DNA of 64,000 nt from positions 1,538-65,537 of the forward strand of contig JAJEHD010000015.1 of the NCBI GenBank assembly GCA_022819505.1, written 5' to 3'. This document shows, piece after piece, positions 1 to 8,022 of the stretch. The translations under genes were made by a program, and so were the position numbers. The notes under the pieces were generated by a model that was given only the letters and a program-made list of their open reading frames with translations, searched no databases and was not told where the DNA came from. The number at the start of each line of letters is the position of its first letter. Position 1 is the stretch's first letter. Source of the stretch: Acidimicrobiia bacterium (lineage in GTDB: Bacteria; Actinomycetota; Acidimicrobiia; Acidimicrobiales; Aldehydirespiratoraceae).

Positions 1-195
1 TCGGAGATGGACGACGAGGCCGTGTCCGAGGTCCAACAGGTCATCGTCGACACAGGGGCGCTGGCCGGCCTGGAAGAAGAGATCGCTGCGCTGCTCGACG
101 AGGCGCTAACGGCGCTAGAGGCGCTGCCGGATGTGCCCGCCGCCCAGGAGGCTCTGGCCACCACCGCCCGCTTCGTCGCTCTCCGCCAAGCATGA
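1..195 (+). CDS. 3' end of a gene truncated by the window edge; the tail resembles the C-terminus of trans-polyprenyl diphosphate synthases
   Basis: The frame is open from base 1 and stops at 193-195. Only ~62 aa are visible. They form an Ala/Leu/Glu-rich helical tail (...ALPDVPAAQEALATTARFVALRQA). Confidence 0.3.
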   Translation, partial: SEMDDEAVSEVQQVIVDTGALAGLEEEIAALLDEALTALEALPDVPAAQEALATTARFVALRQA

Positions 196-245
196 ATTCT
201 CCATCGTCACCTACCGTCGGGTAGAACCGTCCCGGGGGTTAGGCG

Positions 246-1646
246 ATGACGCTGTCAGTGGAGCTTGCCGGCATCGTCGGGGACGGTGGGGTGGAGACCG
301 ACCCTGCCGCGATCGGGGCCCGGCTGCGCGACAACTCGTGGCTGTCGCCGGTGCTGTCGGGCCACATCGACGCCATGGCCGGGGCATCCGCGGGCGGCTC
401 GCTCGGCGTGGAGGCCGTCGTCGGGCCGGCCGACCTCGACCAGCTCAGGGCGTGCGTGGCCGCCGCCTACCGCCACGACGCGCCGATCACCATGCTGGGT
501 GCGGGGACATCCAACTTCGGCCAGTCCATCCCGATGCGGGGCGGGATCGTGATCGAGTTGAGCCGGCTGTGCGAGATGGGCGACCCGGCCGCCGCCGCGG
601 CCGATGGCCGCATCACCGTGGGCGCCGGCGCCCTGCTGGGCCGGGTCGACAGCGAGGTTCGGGCCCACGGCGCCGAGTTGCCGGTGGTGACCACTACCTA
701 CGCCGCCTCCCATGCGGCCGGATGGGTGGCGGGTGGCCATGTGGGGCTGGGCAGCTCGTCGTGGGGGACGATCTGGGACGGCAACATCGTCGGGGCTACC
801 GTGATGACCTGCGAGAGGCACCCCCGCCTGCTGAGGCTCGACGAGGACTCGGTCGAGCCGGTCCTGCACGCCTACGGGACGACCGGGATCATCACCGACG
901 TGACGTTCCGGCTGGTTCCGGCCCGATCCTGGGTGGAGATGGTGGTCGCCTTCCCCCGCTTCGACGGCGCGGCCCGCTTCGTGGTCGACCTCTCGGAGCA
1001 GGCAGAGGGAATACGGGTGGCCGCAGCCCAGGAGCCGATGCTCACCCCGGCCTTCACCGCCCTCGCCGACGACGCAGCCAATGACGAGGCCCTGGTGATG
1101 ACCATCGCCGCGGCGGAGGACACCGACGGCGTGTGTGCCCTGGCCGCGGCCCGCGGTGGGCGAGTGATCCCGTGGCACGGTCTGGGCGCGGACCGCCGGC
1201 CCACCCTGGCCTACATGGTCTACGGCCACCGCATGCTGTGGGTGAAGAAGCTGTTCGCCTCGGCCGCCTTCCTGCACTGCTACCTGCCGGAGGCGCGGCC
1301 CGTCGATCAGCTGCTCGCCATAAAGGCACGGTTCGGCGACCGGTGCCTGGTGGAGCTGAAGTACATCCGGTCGCGCTGGCTGCGCGAGCGTTGGGGGCAG
1401 TCGGGCGACGGGGTGATCTTCGCGCCGCTGGTGGGCATGGTGAACGGCCGCGACGACCTCGACGACCTGCTCGCCTTCTGCGACGACATCGGCGTGGCCT
1501 ACCAGAACCCCCACACCTTCTACCTGGACGAGCAGGGCTTGTTCGCCGATCCGGGCCTGCTGCACCGGTTCAAGCGGGAGGTCGACCCCAAGGGCCTGCT
1601 GAATCCGGGCAAGCTGAGCGACGGCGAGGTGCGAGTGAGAGGGTGA
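246..1646 (+). CDS. FAD-binding (PCMH-type) oxidase/dehydrogenase, GlcD-like
   Basis: ATG at 246. Contains a GAGTSNFGQSIP FAD-binding loop and the C-terminal DPKGLLNPGKL motif typical of FAD-linked oxidases. Confidence 0.85.
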   Translation: MTLSVELAGIVGDGGVETDPAAIGARLRDNSWLSPVLSGHIDAMAGASAGGSLGVEAVVGPADLDQLRACVAAAYRHDAPITMLGAGTSNFGQSIPMRGGIVIELSRLCEMGDPAAAAADGRITVGAGALLGRVDSEVRAHGAELPVVTTTYAASHAAGWVAGGHVGLGSSSWGTIWDGNIVGATVMTCERHPRLLRLDEDSVEPVLHAYGTTGIITDVTFRLVPARSWVEMVVAFPRFDGAARFVVDLSEQAEGIRVAAAQEPMLTPAFTALADDAANDEALVMTIAAAEDTDGVCALAAARGGRVIPWHGLGADRRPTLAYMVYGHRMLWVKKLFASAAFLHCYLPEARPVDQLLAIKARFGDRCLVELKYIRSRWLRERWGQSGDGVIFAPLVGMVNGRDDLDDLLAFCDDIGVAYQNPHTFYLDEQGLFADPGLLHRFKREVDPKGLLNPGKLSDGEVRVRG

Positions 1647-1650
1647 GGAC

Positions 1651-2055
1651 GTGAAGTTCGACCATGTGGCCATCGAGGTGAACGATTTCGACAGTCGGGT
1701 CGATGCCCTCGTCAACGATGTTGGCCTGACCCTCGTCCGCCACGGCGTCAGGTACAGCACAGGTCAGAGGATCGCCATGCTCGGGGACGAGACCGGCGTG
1801 AAGATCGAGTTGATCGAGTCCGACGCCGGACGGCCCACACTCGCCCATGTCGCCTTCCGGGCCGATAAGGCCGCTGCGGTCGATGAGGCCGAGGCCGGGC
1901 TGGTCGAGGCCGGCTGGTCGACGGTCAACCCGGTCCACGACCTGGCCGCGGCCAGGGCCCGAACGACGCTCGTCGCGGATCGCGGCGGGCTTCACGTCCA
2001 GGTCATCGCCTACGAGCCCGACAGCCCCGACCTCGGTGCGACGGGAGACGGCTGA
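1651..2055 (+). CDS. VOC/glyoxalase-bleomycin-resistance family protein
   Basis: GTG lies 5 nt after the upstream stop, preceded by a GAGGGTGAGG Shine-Dalgarno (SD) sequence. The N-terminus is MKFDHVAIEVNDF and a later HVAF strand is present, both typical of the VOC fold. Confidence 0.7.
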   Translation: MKFDHVAIEVNDFDSRVDALVNDVGLTLVRHGVRYSTGQRIAMLGDETGVKIELIESDAGRPTLAHVAFRADKAAAVDEAEAGLVEAGWSTVNPVHDLAAARARTTLVADRGGLHVQVIAYEPDSPDLGATGDG

Positions 2056-2127
2056 CAGGGGTTGGGCGGCATTCGATGGGGCTCGGGGCGAGCCCAGCAA
2101 CACAATCTCAGGAGATGGAGCGAACCG

Positions 2128-2430
2128 ATGGACTTCCTAGTGCGGATGAGAGCGATCGAGCCCATCCCCCTGCCGATGGAGGAACTAGGCCGACTAGCCA
2201 AGGCCCAGATCGACTACTGGGAGCGGCTCATGGCAGCAGGCAAGGTCGTCTACACGGCGCCGTTCGTAGGCCGGAGGGCCCGCGTGGCCATCTACCGGGT
2301 TGAGTCCAACGACGAACTCTTCACCCTCATCAACGAGGACCCGCTCTTTCGTTACCTCGAGCGCGAGGTCACCCCACTGGCGACCAACGAGCAGCTCAAG
2401 GAGCTCTACCAGACGTTTATCGGGTCGTGA
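2128..2430 (+). CDS. muconolactone delta-isomerase-like small alpha/beta protein
   Basis: The internal ATG at 2128 is preceded by GGAGATGGAG. The ~100-aa product starts MDFLVRM and has DPLFRYLEREVTPL, matching the LPLFPYMDIEV region of MIase. The upstream part of ORF 2062..2430 looks non-coding. Confidence 0.55.
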   Translation: MDFLVRMRAIEPIPLPMEELGRLAKAQIDYWERLMAAGKVVYTAPFVGRRARVAIYRVESNDELFTLINEDPLFRYLEREVTPLATNEQLKELYQTFIGS

Positions 2431-2521
2431 TGATGGGCGACGGAACCGGCAACAAGCCGCCTCTGGTTGACGACGGCCCTAACACTCTCGACCAGGAATC
2501 GAACGAAGGCGGATAGCGACG

Positions 2522-3313
2522 ATGGATCTTGGACTGGTGGGCCGGGAGGCCCTGGTAGTAGGCGGCTCGGCCGGCATCGGTCTGGCCACCGCCCGGCTGC
2601 TGGCGGCCGAGGGCGCCTCGGTCACGATCGCGTCCCGGGACGCGGCCAGGCTGCGGGAAGCCGCGGCCGGCATCGGCCGGACGGCTCAGCCGGCCGAGGT
2701 GGCGTGGTTCCCGGTGGACGTGACCGCGGACGACGCCGAGGCCCGGCTGACCGCGCACTACGGCGACGGCCAGGGCCTCGACATCCTGGTCGTCACCGTC
2801 GGCGGCAGCATCCGGGGCCGGTTCGACTCGTTCGGCGACGACGCCTGGCACGACAACTACAACACGAACGTCATCGGGCCGGTCCGGACCGTGCGAGCCC
2901 TGCTGCCGAGCCTGGAGCGGGGCCGGTCGCCGTCGATCGTGCTGCTGGGAGCGGCCGGGGCCAAGATGCCGTATGTGAGCCAAGTGGTGTCGAACGTTCA
3001 CAAGGCCGGGCTTCTGGCCCTGGTGAAGACCCTGTCGCACGAACTGGCCCCCAAGGGCGTCCGGGTCAACGCCATCAGCCCCGGCCGTACCCTCACCCGG
3101 CTGTGGCTGGACCGGGCCGAGAGGCTGGCGGCTGAGCAGGGCACCACTCCCGGCGAGGTGATCGAGGAGTTCGCAGCCGAGATCCCGCTGGGGCGCTTCG
3201 CCGAGCCCGACGAGATAGCCCAGGCGGTGGTGTTCGTGGCCTCCGACCGGGCCAGCTACATCACCGGGCAGTCCATCTCGGTGGACGGCGGGATCGGACG
3301 GGGCCTGCTGTGA
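2522..3313 (+). CDS. SDR family oxidoreductase
   Basis: Contains the GGSAGIGLATARLLAAEGASV Rossmann motif and a Y-x3-K-like region, with a typical ITGQSISVDGG C-terminus. Confidence 0.9.
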   Translation: MDLGLVGREALVVGGSAGIGLATARLLAAEGASVTIASRDAARLREAAAGIGRTAQPAEVAWFPVDVTADDAEARLTAHYGDGQGLDILVVTVGGSIRGRFDSFGDDAWHDNYNTNVIGPVRTVRALLPSLERGRSPSIVLLGAAGAKMPYVSQVVSNVHKAGLLALVKTLSHELAPKGVRVNAISPGRTLTRLWLDRAERLAAEQGTTPGEVIEEFAAEIPLGRFAEPDEIAQAVVFVASDRASYITGQSISVDGGIGRGLL

Positions 3314-5118
3314 GCAAGTCGCTGATGACCCGCCGGCATGAGGCCGTGCAGTCCGCGCTGGACGAGATCCGGCGGCTGCGGGACACGCTGGGCCCTTCAG
3401 AGGAACTCCTGGCGGCCGTCAACCCCGTGCTGACCAGCCTGGCCCTGCAGGAGGACCTATTCGACACCGACGCGTTCGCGGTGGATGTCGGCGCGCTGAT
3501 GACCATCTACGAGCTGAGCGTGGACATCGACGGGAGACTCGGCCTGTACGCCTCGGCCGGGATGCCCGGCAAGCAGCAGCCACCTCACGATCATCGCACC
3601 TGGTCGGTGATCGCGGGAGTGCGGGGCGCGGAGCACAACCAGTACTTCGAGCGCGTCGACGACGGCCGCGACCCGCAGCAGGGACGGCTGGAGCCCAGGG
3701 GCAAGCGGACGCTGAGGCGGGGCGATGCCAACGGCATGATGGGAGACGGCTTCCACACGATCAGGGTCCTCGACGAGGGCCCTGCCATGCATCTGCACCT
3801 CTACGGCTATCCGCTCGACCGGCTGGCCGGGCGCATCTACTTCGACAGCGTCGAGGGCGGGGTCGAGCGTCCCTTCATGGGTCGGCCCGACCTGCGGACC
3901 ACCAAGGTGAGTGCCGCCGAGCTGGCCGCAATGCGAGATGACGGCGAGGAGTTGGCCGTCCTCGACACCCGAGACGTCGGCGTCCACTCGAGCGGGCATA
4001 TTCCCGAGTCGTGCCCGGTGCCGGCCTCCGAGCTGGAATGGCGGCTGGCCGGCCTGCTGCCCCGGCGGGCCGTGCGGGTGGTGGTGATCGGCGAGGACGA
4101 CCTGGCCGCGCATCGAGCTGCTCATATGGTCCGCCGCCGAGGCTTCACCAACGTGGCCATGCTGGCCGGGGGTGTCGAGCTCTGGGCTGAGGACGGTTAT
4201 GACGTCCACGACGGGATCCACACCATGTCGAAGGCCTTCGGCGAGCATGTCGCCCACGTCCGGGACACCCCGATGATCTCCGCCGACGAGTTGTGCGGCC
4301 GGCGCGAGCAAGGGCAGGCGGTGACTCTGGTGGACTGCCGCCCGGCGGCCGAGTTCGAAGCCCTGCACGTACCGGGCGCGGTCAACGCCCCCGGTACCGA
4401 GCTGCTGACCCGGGTCCTGGGCATGGGCCTCGAACCGGGCACTCCGGTCGCGGTGAGCTGCGCCGGGCGGACCCGCTCGATCATCGGCGCCCAGACCCTG
4501 ATCGACGTTGGAGTCGACAACCCGGTGCTGGCCCTCGAGAACGGCACCATGGGATGGAAGCTGGCCGGCGAAGAACTCGCCAAGGGAGCCGACGATGAGG
4601 CGGCCGCGTTCCCCTCCCCCAGCGCCCTGCGGGATGCTGCCGCCCGGGCCCGGCGCCTGGCCGACACCCACCGCGTTCCCGTCATCGGCGAAGCCGATCT
4701 AGCCGGCTGGCTCGCCGACGACTCCCGCACCACGTACGTGTTCGATGTGAGCACCCCCGCCGGCTACGCAGCCGGTCACCGCCCCGGCTTCGCCTCGGCC
4801 CCCGGCGGCCAGCTGATCCAGGAACTAACCGTCCGCACCGCGGTGCCGTTAGCTCGCATCGTGGTGGCCGACTCCGACGGCGTGCAGTCGCTGTTGACGG
4901 CATATTGGCTGCGGCTGATGGGCCGCGAGGCGTACGCGCTGCCCGACGCCAACCGGGGCCGGTGGCTGGAGACCAACTCGGGCATTGAAGCTGAGCCGGC
5001 TCGGCCGGCCAAGCCCTATGAGCGCTCGGTGGACGCGTTGCAGTCCATGCGCGACTACATCGAATGGGAGCTCGACCTGCTCGACCGTGTGGACGCGGCG
5101 GCGTTCAGACTGGACTAG
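3310..5118 (+). CDS. fusion protein: CDO-like cupin (3-His metal site) plus three rhodanese domains, of which only the middle one has a catalytic Cys
   Basis: GTG overlaps the SDR stop (GTGA). N-terminal motifs are PPHDHRTWSV and GFHTIRV...HLHLYG. Rhodanese loop 2 is CAGRTRS. Loops 1 (IGEDDLAA) and 3 (VADSDGVQ) lack Cys. Confidence 0.75.
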   Translation: MSKSLMTRRHEAVQSALDEIRRLRDTLGPSEELLAAVNPVLTSLALQEDLFDTDAFAVDVGALMTIYELSVDIDGRLGLYASAGMPGKQQPPHDHRTWSVIAGVRGAEHNQYFERVDDGRDPQQGRLEPRGKRTLRRGDANGMMGDGFHTIRVLDEGPAMHLHLYGYPLDRLAGRIYFDSVEGGVERPFMGRPDLRTTKVSAAELAAMRDDGEELAVLDTRDVGVHSSGHIPESCPVPASELEWRLAGLLPRRAVRVVVIGEDDLAAHRAAHMVRRRGFTNVAMLAGGVELWAEDGYDVHDGIHTMSKAFGEHVAHVRDTPMISADELCGRREQGQAVTLVDCRPAAEFEALHVPGAVNAPGTELLTRVLGMGLEPGTPVAVSCAGRTRSIIGAQTLIDVGVDNPVLALENGTMGWKLAGEELAKGADDEAAAFPSPSALRDAAARARRLADTHRVPVIGEADLAGWLADDSRTTYVFDVSTPAGYAAGHRPGFASAPGGQLIQELTVRTAVPLARIVVADSDGVQSLLTAYWLRLMGREAYALPDANRGRWLETNSGIEAEPARPAKPYERSVDALQSMRDYIEWELDLLDRVDAAAFRLD

Positions 5119-5209
5119 CGACCGTGCGTCCAGAATCTTGGTGCGACTTGTCCGCATCCAGTCCACACAACCAACCCGAGATTCTGGGGACGGGGTCAAC
5201 GGTGAGGCC

Positions 5210-6232
5210 ATGAGCCCGGCGGTCGGGATCTATGTCAACAACCGGGCGGCGGTGTTCGGGGGCGACCGCTTCGGCCTCGACGACCTGCTATCGCTGGCCC
5301 GCAGGGCCGAGGAGTGTGGCTTCGCGTTCGTGTCGGTGGGCGACAGCGTCCTGGCCAAGCCCCGCTGGTCGCCCATCGTCACCCTGGCCGCGGTAGCCGA
5401 GGCCACCGAGACGATCGGGCTGGCTACCGGCATCCTGCAGCCCCATCTGCGCCATCCGGTGACGGTGGCCCAAGAATGGGCCACCCTCGATGCCCTCAGC
5501 GGCGGGCGCACCGCGCTGGGCGTGGGCCTCGGGACCGGGCCACCCGAGCTGGTGGACGCCGAGTTGGCCCTGGTCGGCCTGGACCGCATGCGGAGAGCCC
5601 GGGCCTTCACCGAGGCAATCGAAGTGATCAAGGCGCTGTGGGCCGGCGACGGGGTGGACTACGACGGACGCGTCTACCAACTCCAGAAGGCCTCGATCGG
5701 CCTGCGACCCGTCCAGCAACCCGCACCGCCGGTGCTGATCGCGGCCGGCGTGTTCGTGGCGTCGCAGCGAGGCTTCGGCCCCAACGACGTCTTCGACGAG
5801 GCCCGGGCATCCACGTTCGTGGGCCGCTGGGACCGGGTGGGCCGTCTAGGCGACGGCTGGATCACCGGCATGGCCACTCCTGGCGAGCTGCAGGCGGGCC
5901 GGGAGGCGATCGCGGCCGCGGCCGAGGCCGCCGGTCGAACGCTGCCCGAGCCGTTCGATGTGCGGGTCAACCTGTTCCTGCTGGTCGGCGACGACCCGGC
6001 CGAGGCCAGAGCCGAGGGGGCGGCCTTCATGGCCGACTATCACCGCCGCCCCATGGACGACGCCAGCATCGACCGCTGGCTGGTCTGGGGCCCGGCCGAG
6101 ACGTGCGCCGAGCGGCTGGCGGCCTACGTCGAGGCGGGCGCCACCTCGTTCCAGTGCGTGCTGGCCTCCGTCGACCAGCAGCCTCAGATGGAGCGAGTCG
6201 CCACCGAACTGTTGCCTCTCCTAAAGAACTGA
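5210..6232 (+). CDS. LLM-class (luciferase-like) flavin/F420-dependent oxidoreductase
   Basis: ATG at 5210 follows GGTGAGG. The product starts MSPAVGIYVNN...GFAFVSVGDS and has LGVGLG and TSFQ regions typical of the LLM family. The upstream 75 codons of ORF 4985..6232 overlap the previous gene and the intergenic region. Confidence 0.8.
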   Translation: MSPAVGIYVNNRAAVFGGDRFGLDDLLSLARRAEECGFAFVSVGDSVLAKPRWSPIVTLAAVAEATETIGLATGILQPHLRHPVTVAQEWATLDALSGGRTALGVGLGTGPPELVDAELALVGLDRMRRARAFTEAIEVIKALWAGDGVDYDGRVYQLQKASIGLRPVQQPAPPVLIAAGVFVASQRGFGPNDVFDEARASTFVGRWDRVGRLGDGWITGMATPGELQAGREAIAAAAEAAGRTLPEPFDVRVNLFLLVGDDPAEARAEGAAFMADYHRRPMDDASIDRWLVWGPAETCAERLAAYVEAGATSFQCVLASVDQQPQMERVATELLPLLKN

Positions 6233-6243
6233 ATTCGCCGGTC

Positions 6244-6612
6244 CTAGCGCATGCCTCCCTTTCGGCGTGCCCGGTTCTCGTGCAGGCGGGCACGGGCGAT
6301 CCGGTGGATCAGCTTCCTGGGCAGTGGCGTGTCCGGGGTGAAGCGGATCGTGCTGGCTCCGCCCACCTTGTAGCCGGCCAGTTCGTCACCCATGGAAGTC
6401 ACCAGGTCGGGGCTCATCGTGTAGAGCGCAAGGTGCCTGGCTTGGGCGGCGAGGCCGACGAGGTCGCCGTCGGCCGCGAAGACCGGGATCTTGTAGGAGA
6501 TCCTCTCGGTGGCTTCGGGAACGGCGTCCAAGATGACCCGGCGCACGCGCTCCAAGGCTTCGCGTCGATCGTCGGGTAGCGCGGCCAAGTACTCGTCCAC
6601 GGTGTCAACCAT
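6244..6612 (-). CDS. DUF1801 (YdhG-like) domain protein
   Basis: VDEYLAALPDDRREALERVRRVI...ISYKIPVF is characteristic of the DUF1801 family. Confidence 0.65.
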   Translation of the reverse strand: MVDTVDEYLAALPDDRREALERVRRVILDAVPEATERISYKIPVFAADGDLVGLAAQARHLALYTMSPDLVTSMGDELAGYKVGGASTIRFTPDTPLPRKLIHRIARARLHENRARRKGGMR

Positions 6613-6725
6613 GTCCGCAGCTTGCCACTGGCCGCAGCCTCCCTCAACGCGACGGGCGGGCGCGGTCCCGACTGCGCGGCCCTGGGCGCCGGTCGGTAGG
6701 TTGCGCGTCGATAGGGGGGAGAGCT

Positions 6726-7808
6726 GTGAGCACTGCTAGAGGGGCGACGCTGCTGGGGCCCGAGCGCCTGGAGATCCGGGAGTACCCGGTGCCCGAGGTG
6801 GCTGACGACGGGGCCCTTCTGCGAATCGGTCTGGGCGGGGTGTGCGGCACCGACGTGAAGTACTTCCACGGCCGCATCGACATGCCCTACCCGGTGATCC
6901 TGGGCCACGAGATCTTCGGCCGGGTCGAGCGGCTGGGACGGGCGGCGGCCCGGATCCACGGCGTGGCCGAGGGCGACCGGGTGATCCTCAAGGGCTCCCG
7001 GGGATGCGGTCACTGCCGGGACTGCCGCGACGGCGCCCCCCGGTTCTGCCCGCAGCGCACCCTCTACGGAAGCGCCACCACCGCCGCCGACCCGCCGCAC
7101 CTGTTCGGCGGGTTGGCCGACTACCTCTACGTGAACCCGGACGCCGAGCTGTTCAGGGTGGGCGACGCCATGAGCGACGAGGCCGCGGTGCTGTGCGGGT
7201 CGGTGATGGCCAACGGCTACCAGTGGGCCATCCTGCACGGCGGCGTGACCTTCGGCGACACCGTGCTCATCCAGGGGCCGGGCCAGCAGGGCCTGGCCTG
7301 CACCTGGGCGGCGCGGGCCGCGGGGGCGGCCCGCATCATCGTGACCGGCACCGCGGCCGACGCCGACCGGCTTGCGCTGGCCCGGCAATGGGGCGCCGAC
7401 CGCACCGTCGAGGCCGACATCACCGACATCGTGGAGGTTACGGCCGACGAAACGGGCGGGGCCATGGCCGATGTCGTGGTTGACGTCAGCGGCAGCCCGG
7501 CCGCGGTGGAACCGTCGATCGCCGCGCTGCGCAAGCGGGGCACGCTCGTGCTGGCCGGGCTCAGCGGGGGGCAGCAGGTTCCGGTGGGTGTCGACGCCCT
7601 CGTCTGGAAGGAGATCAAGGTGCAGGGGGCGTTCACCGCTGGCAGCCCGGCGCTGAGGGCCACCATGGAGCTGATCGAGTCCACGGGGTTCAAGCCCGAG
7701 GAGATGATCAGCCACACCTTCGGCCTCGACGACACCGAGATGTGCATCCGGGCCATCGCCAACGAGATCGACGGCATATACCCCACCAAGGCGGTGATCC
7801 GACCGTGA
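6726..7808 (+). CDS. zinc-dependent alcohol dehydrogenase (MDR) family oxidoreductase
   Basis: Contains GVCGTDVKYFHG and GHEIFG, a structural-Zn Cys cluster (CGHCRDCRDGAPRFC) and the GPGQQG Rossmann motif. Confidence 0.9.
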   Translation: MSTARGATLLGPERLEIREYPVPEVADDGALLRIGLGGVCGTDVKYFHGRIDMPYPVILGHEIFGRVERLGRAAARIHGVAEGDRVILKGSRGCGHCRDCRDGAPRFCPQRTLYGSATTAADPPHLFGGLADYLYVNPDAELFRVGDAMSDEAAVLCGSVMANGYQWAILHGGVTFGDTVLIQGPGQQGLACTWAARAAGAARIIVTGTAADADRLALARQWGADRTVEADITDIVEVTADETGGAMADVVVDVSGSPAAVEPSIAALRKRGTLVLAGLSGGQQVPVGVDALVWKEIKVQGAFTAGSPALRATMELIESTGFKPEEMISHTFGLDDTEMCIRAIANEIDGIYPTKAVIRP

Positions 7809-7944
7809 ACGCCTCCCCGTCCAGGCTGCTAGCGCAGATCGTGGATCCGGTCCGCCGGCTCTGCGCCGAAGCAATGCCCGAGCCCGAGCGCTGGAGCGAC
7901 GACGTTCCGCCGCTGGGCCCCGTTGCCTCGAATCGGTGAGCCCG

Positions 7945-7962
7945 AAAACAGTGTGCTAAATT
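7945..7962. promoter_or_regulatory. AT-rich palindromic operator/promoter box, site 1 of 10 (AAAACAGTGTGCTAAATT)
   Basis: It is the only AT-rich patch in the 215-bp intergenic region upstream of the binding-protein gene. It matches the other nine sites listed below. Confidence 0.55.
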
Positions 7963-8022
7963 CCGGCGCCACGGAATCTGTGGGTGAAACCCGCCCACCG
8001 ACCCACATGGATGGGAGGAGAC

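Noticed and set aside
255-1760. A 501-aa ORF antisense to the FAD-oxidase gene. Many similar long overlapping ORFs exist, for example:
- 6414..7874 (-)
- 9452..11476 (-)
- 10543..13836 (+)
- 11987..13981 (-)
- 14491..15945 (-)
- 25538..27238 (-)
- 25693..27981 (+)
- 53993..55447 (-)
- 56563..57891 (-)
   Set aside because: - These are shadow ORFs, typical of GC-rich DNA.
- Their translations are Arg/Gly/Pro/His-rich with no recognisable motifs.
- Each overlaps a frame that has clear family signatures.
2079-2095. A 7-bp stem / 3-nt loop hairpin (GGGCTCG-GGG-CGAGCCC) between the VOC and MIase-like genes, considered as a terminator.
   Set aside because: - The stem is short and has no U-tract.
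- Stems of this size arise by chance in GC-rich DNA.
- The genes look co-transcribed.
5131-5170. Possible eleventh copy of the island palindrome upstream of the LLM gene (AGAATCTTGGTGCGACTTG, or CAGTCCACACAAC).
   Set aside because: - Only about 5 of 8 core positions match.
- The region is not AT-rich like the ten accepted sites.
- The flanks lack the AWTT/AAWT arms.
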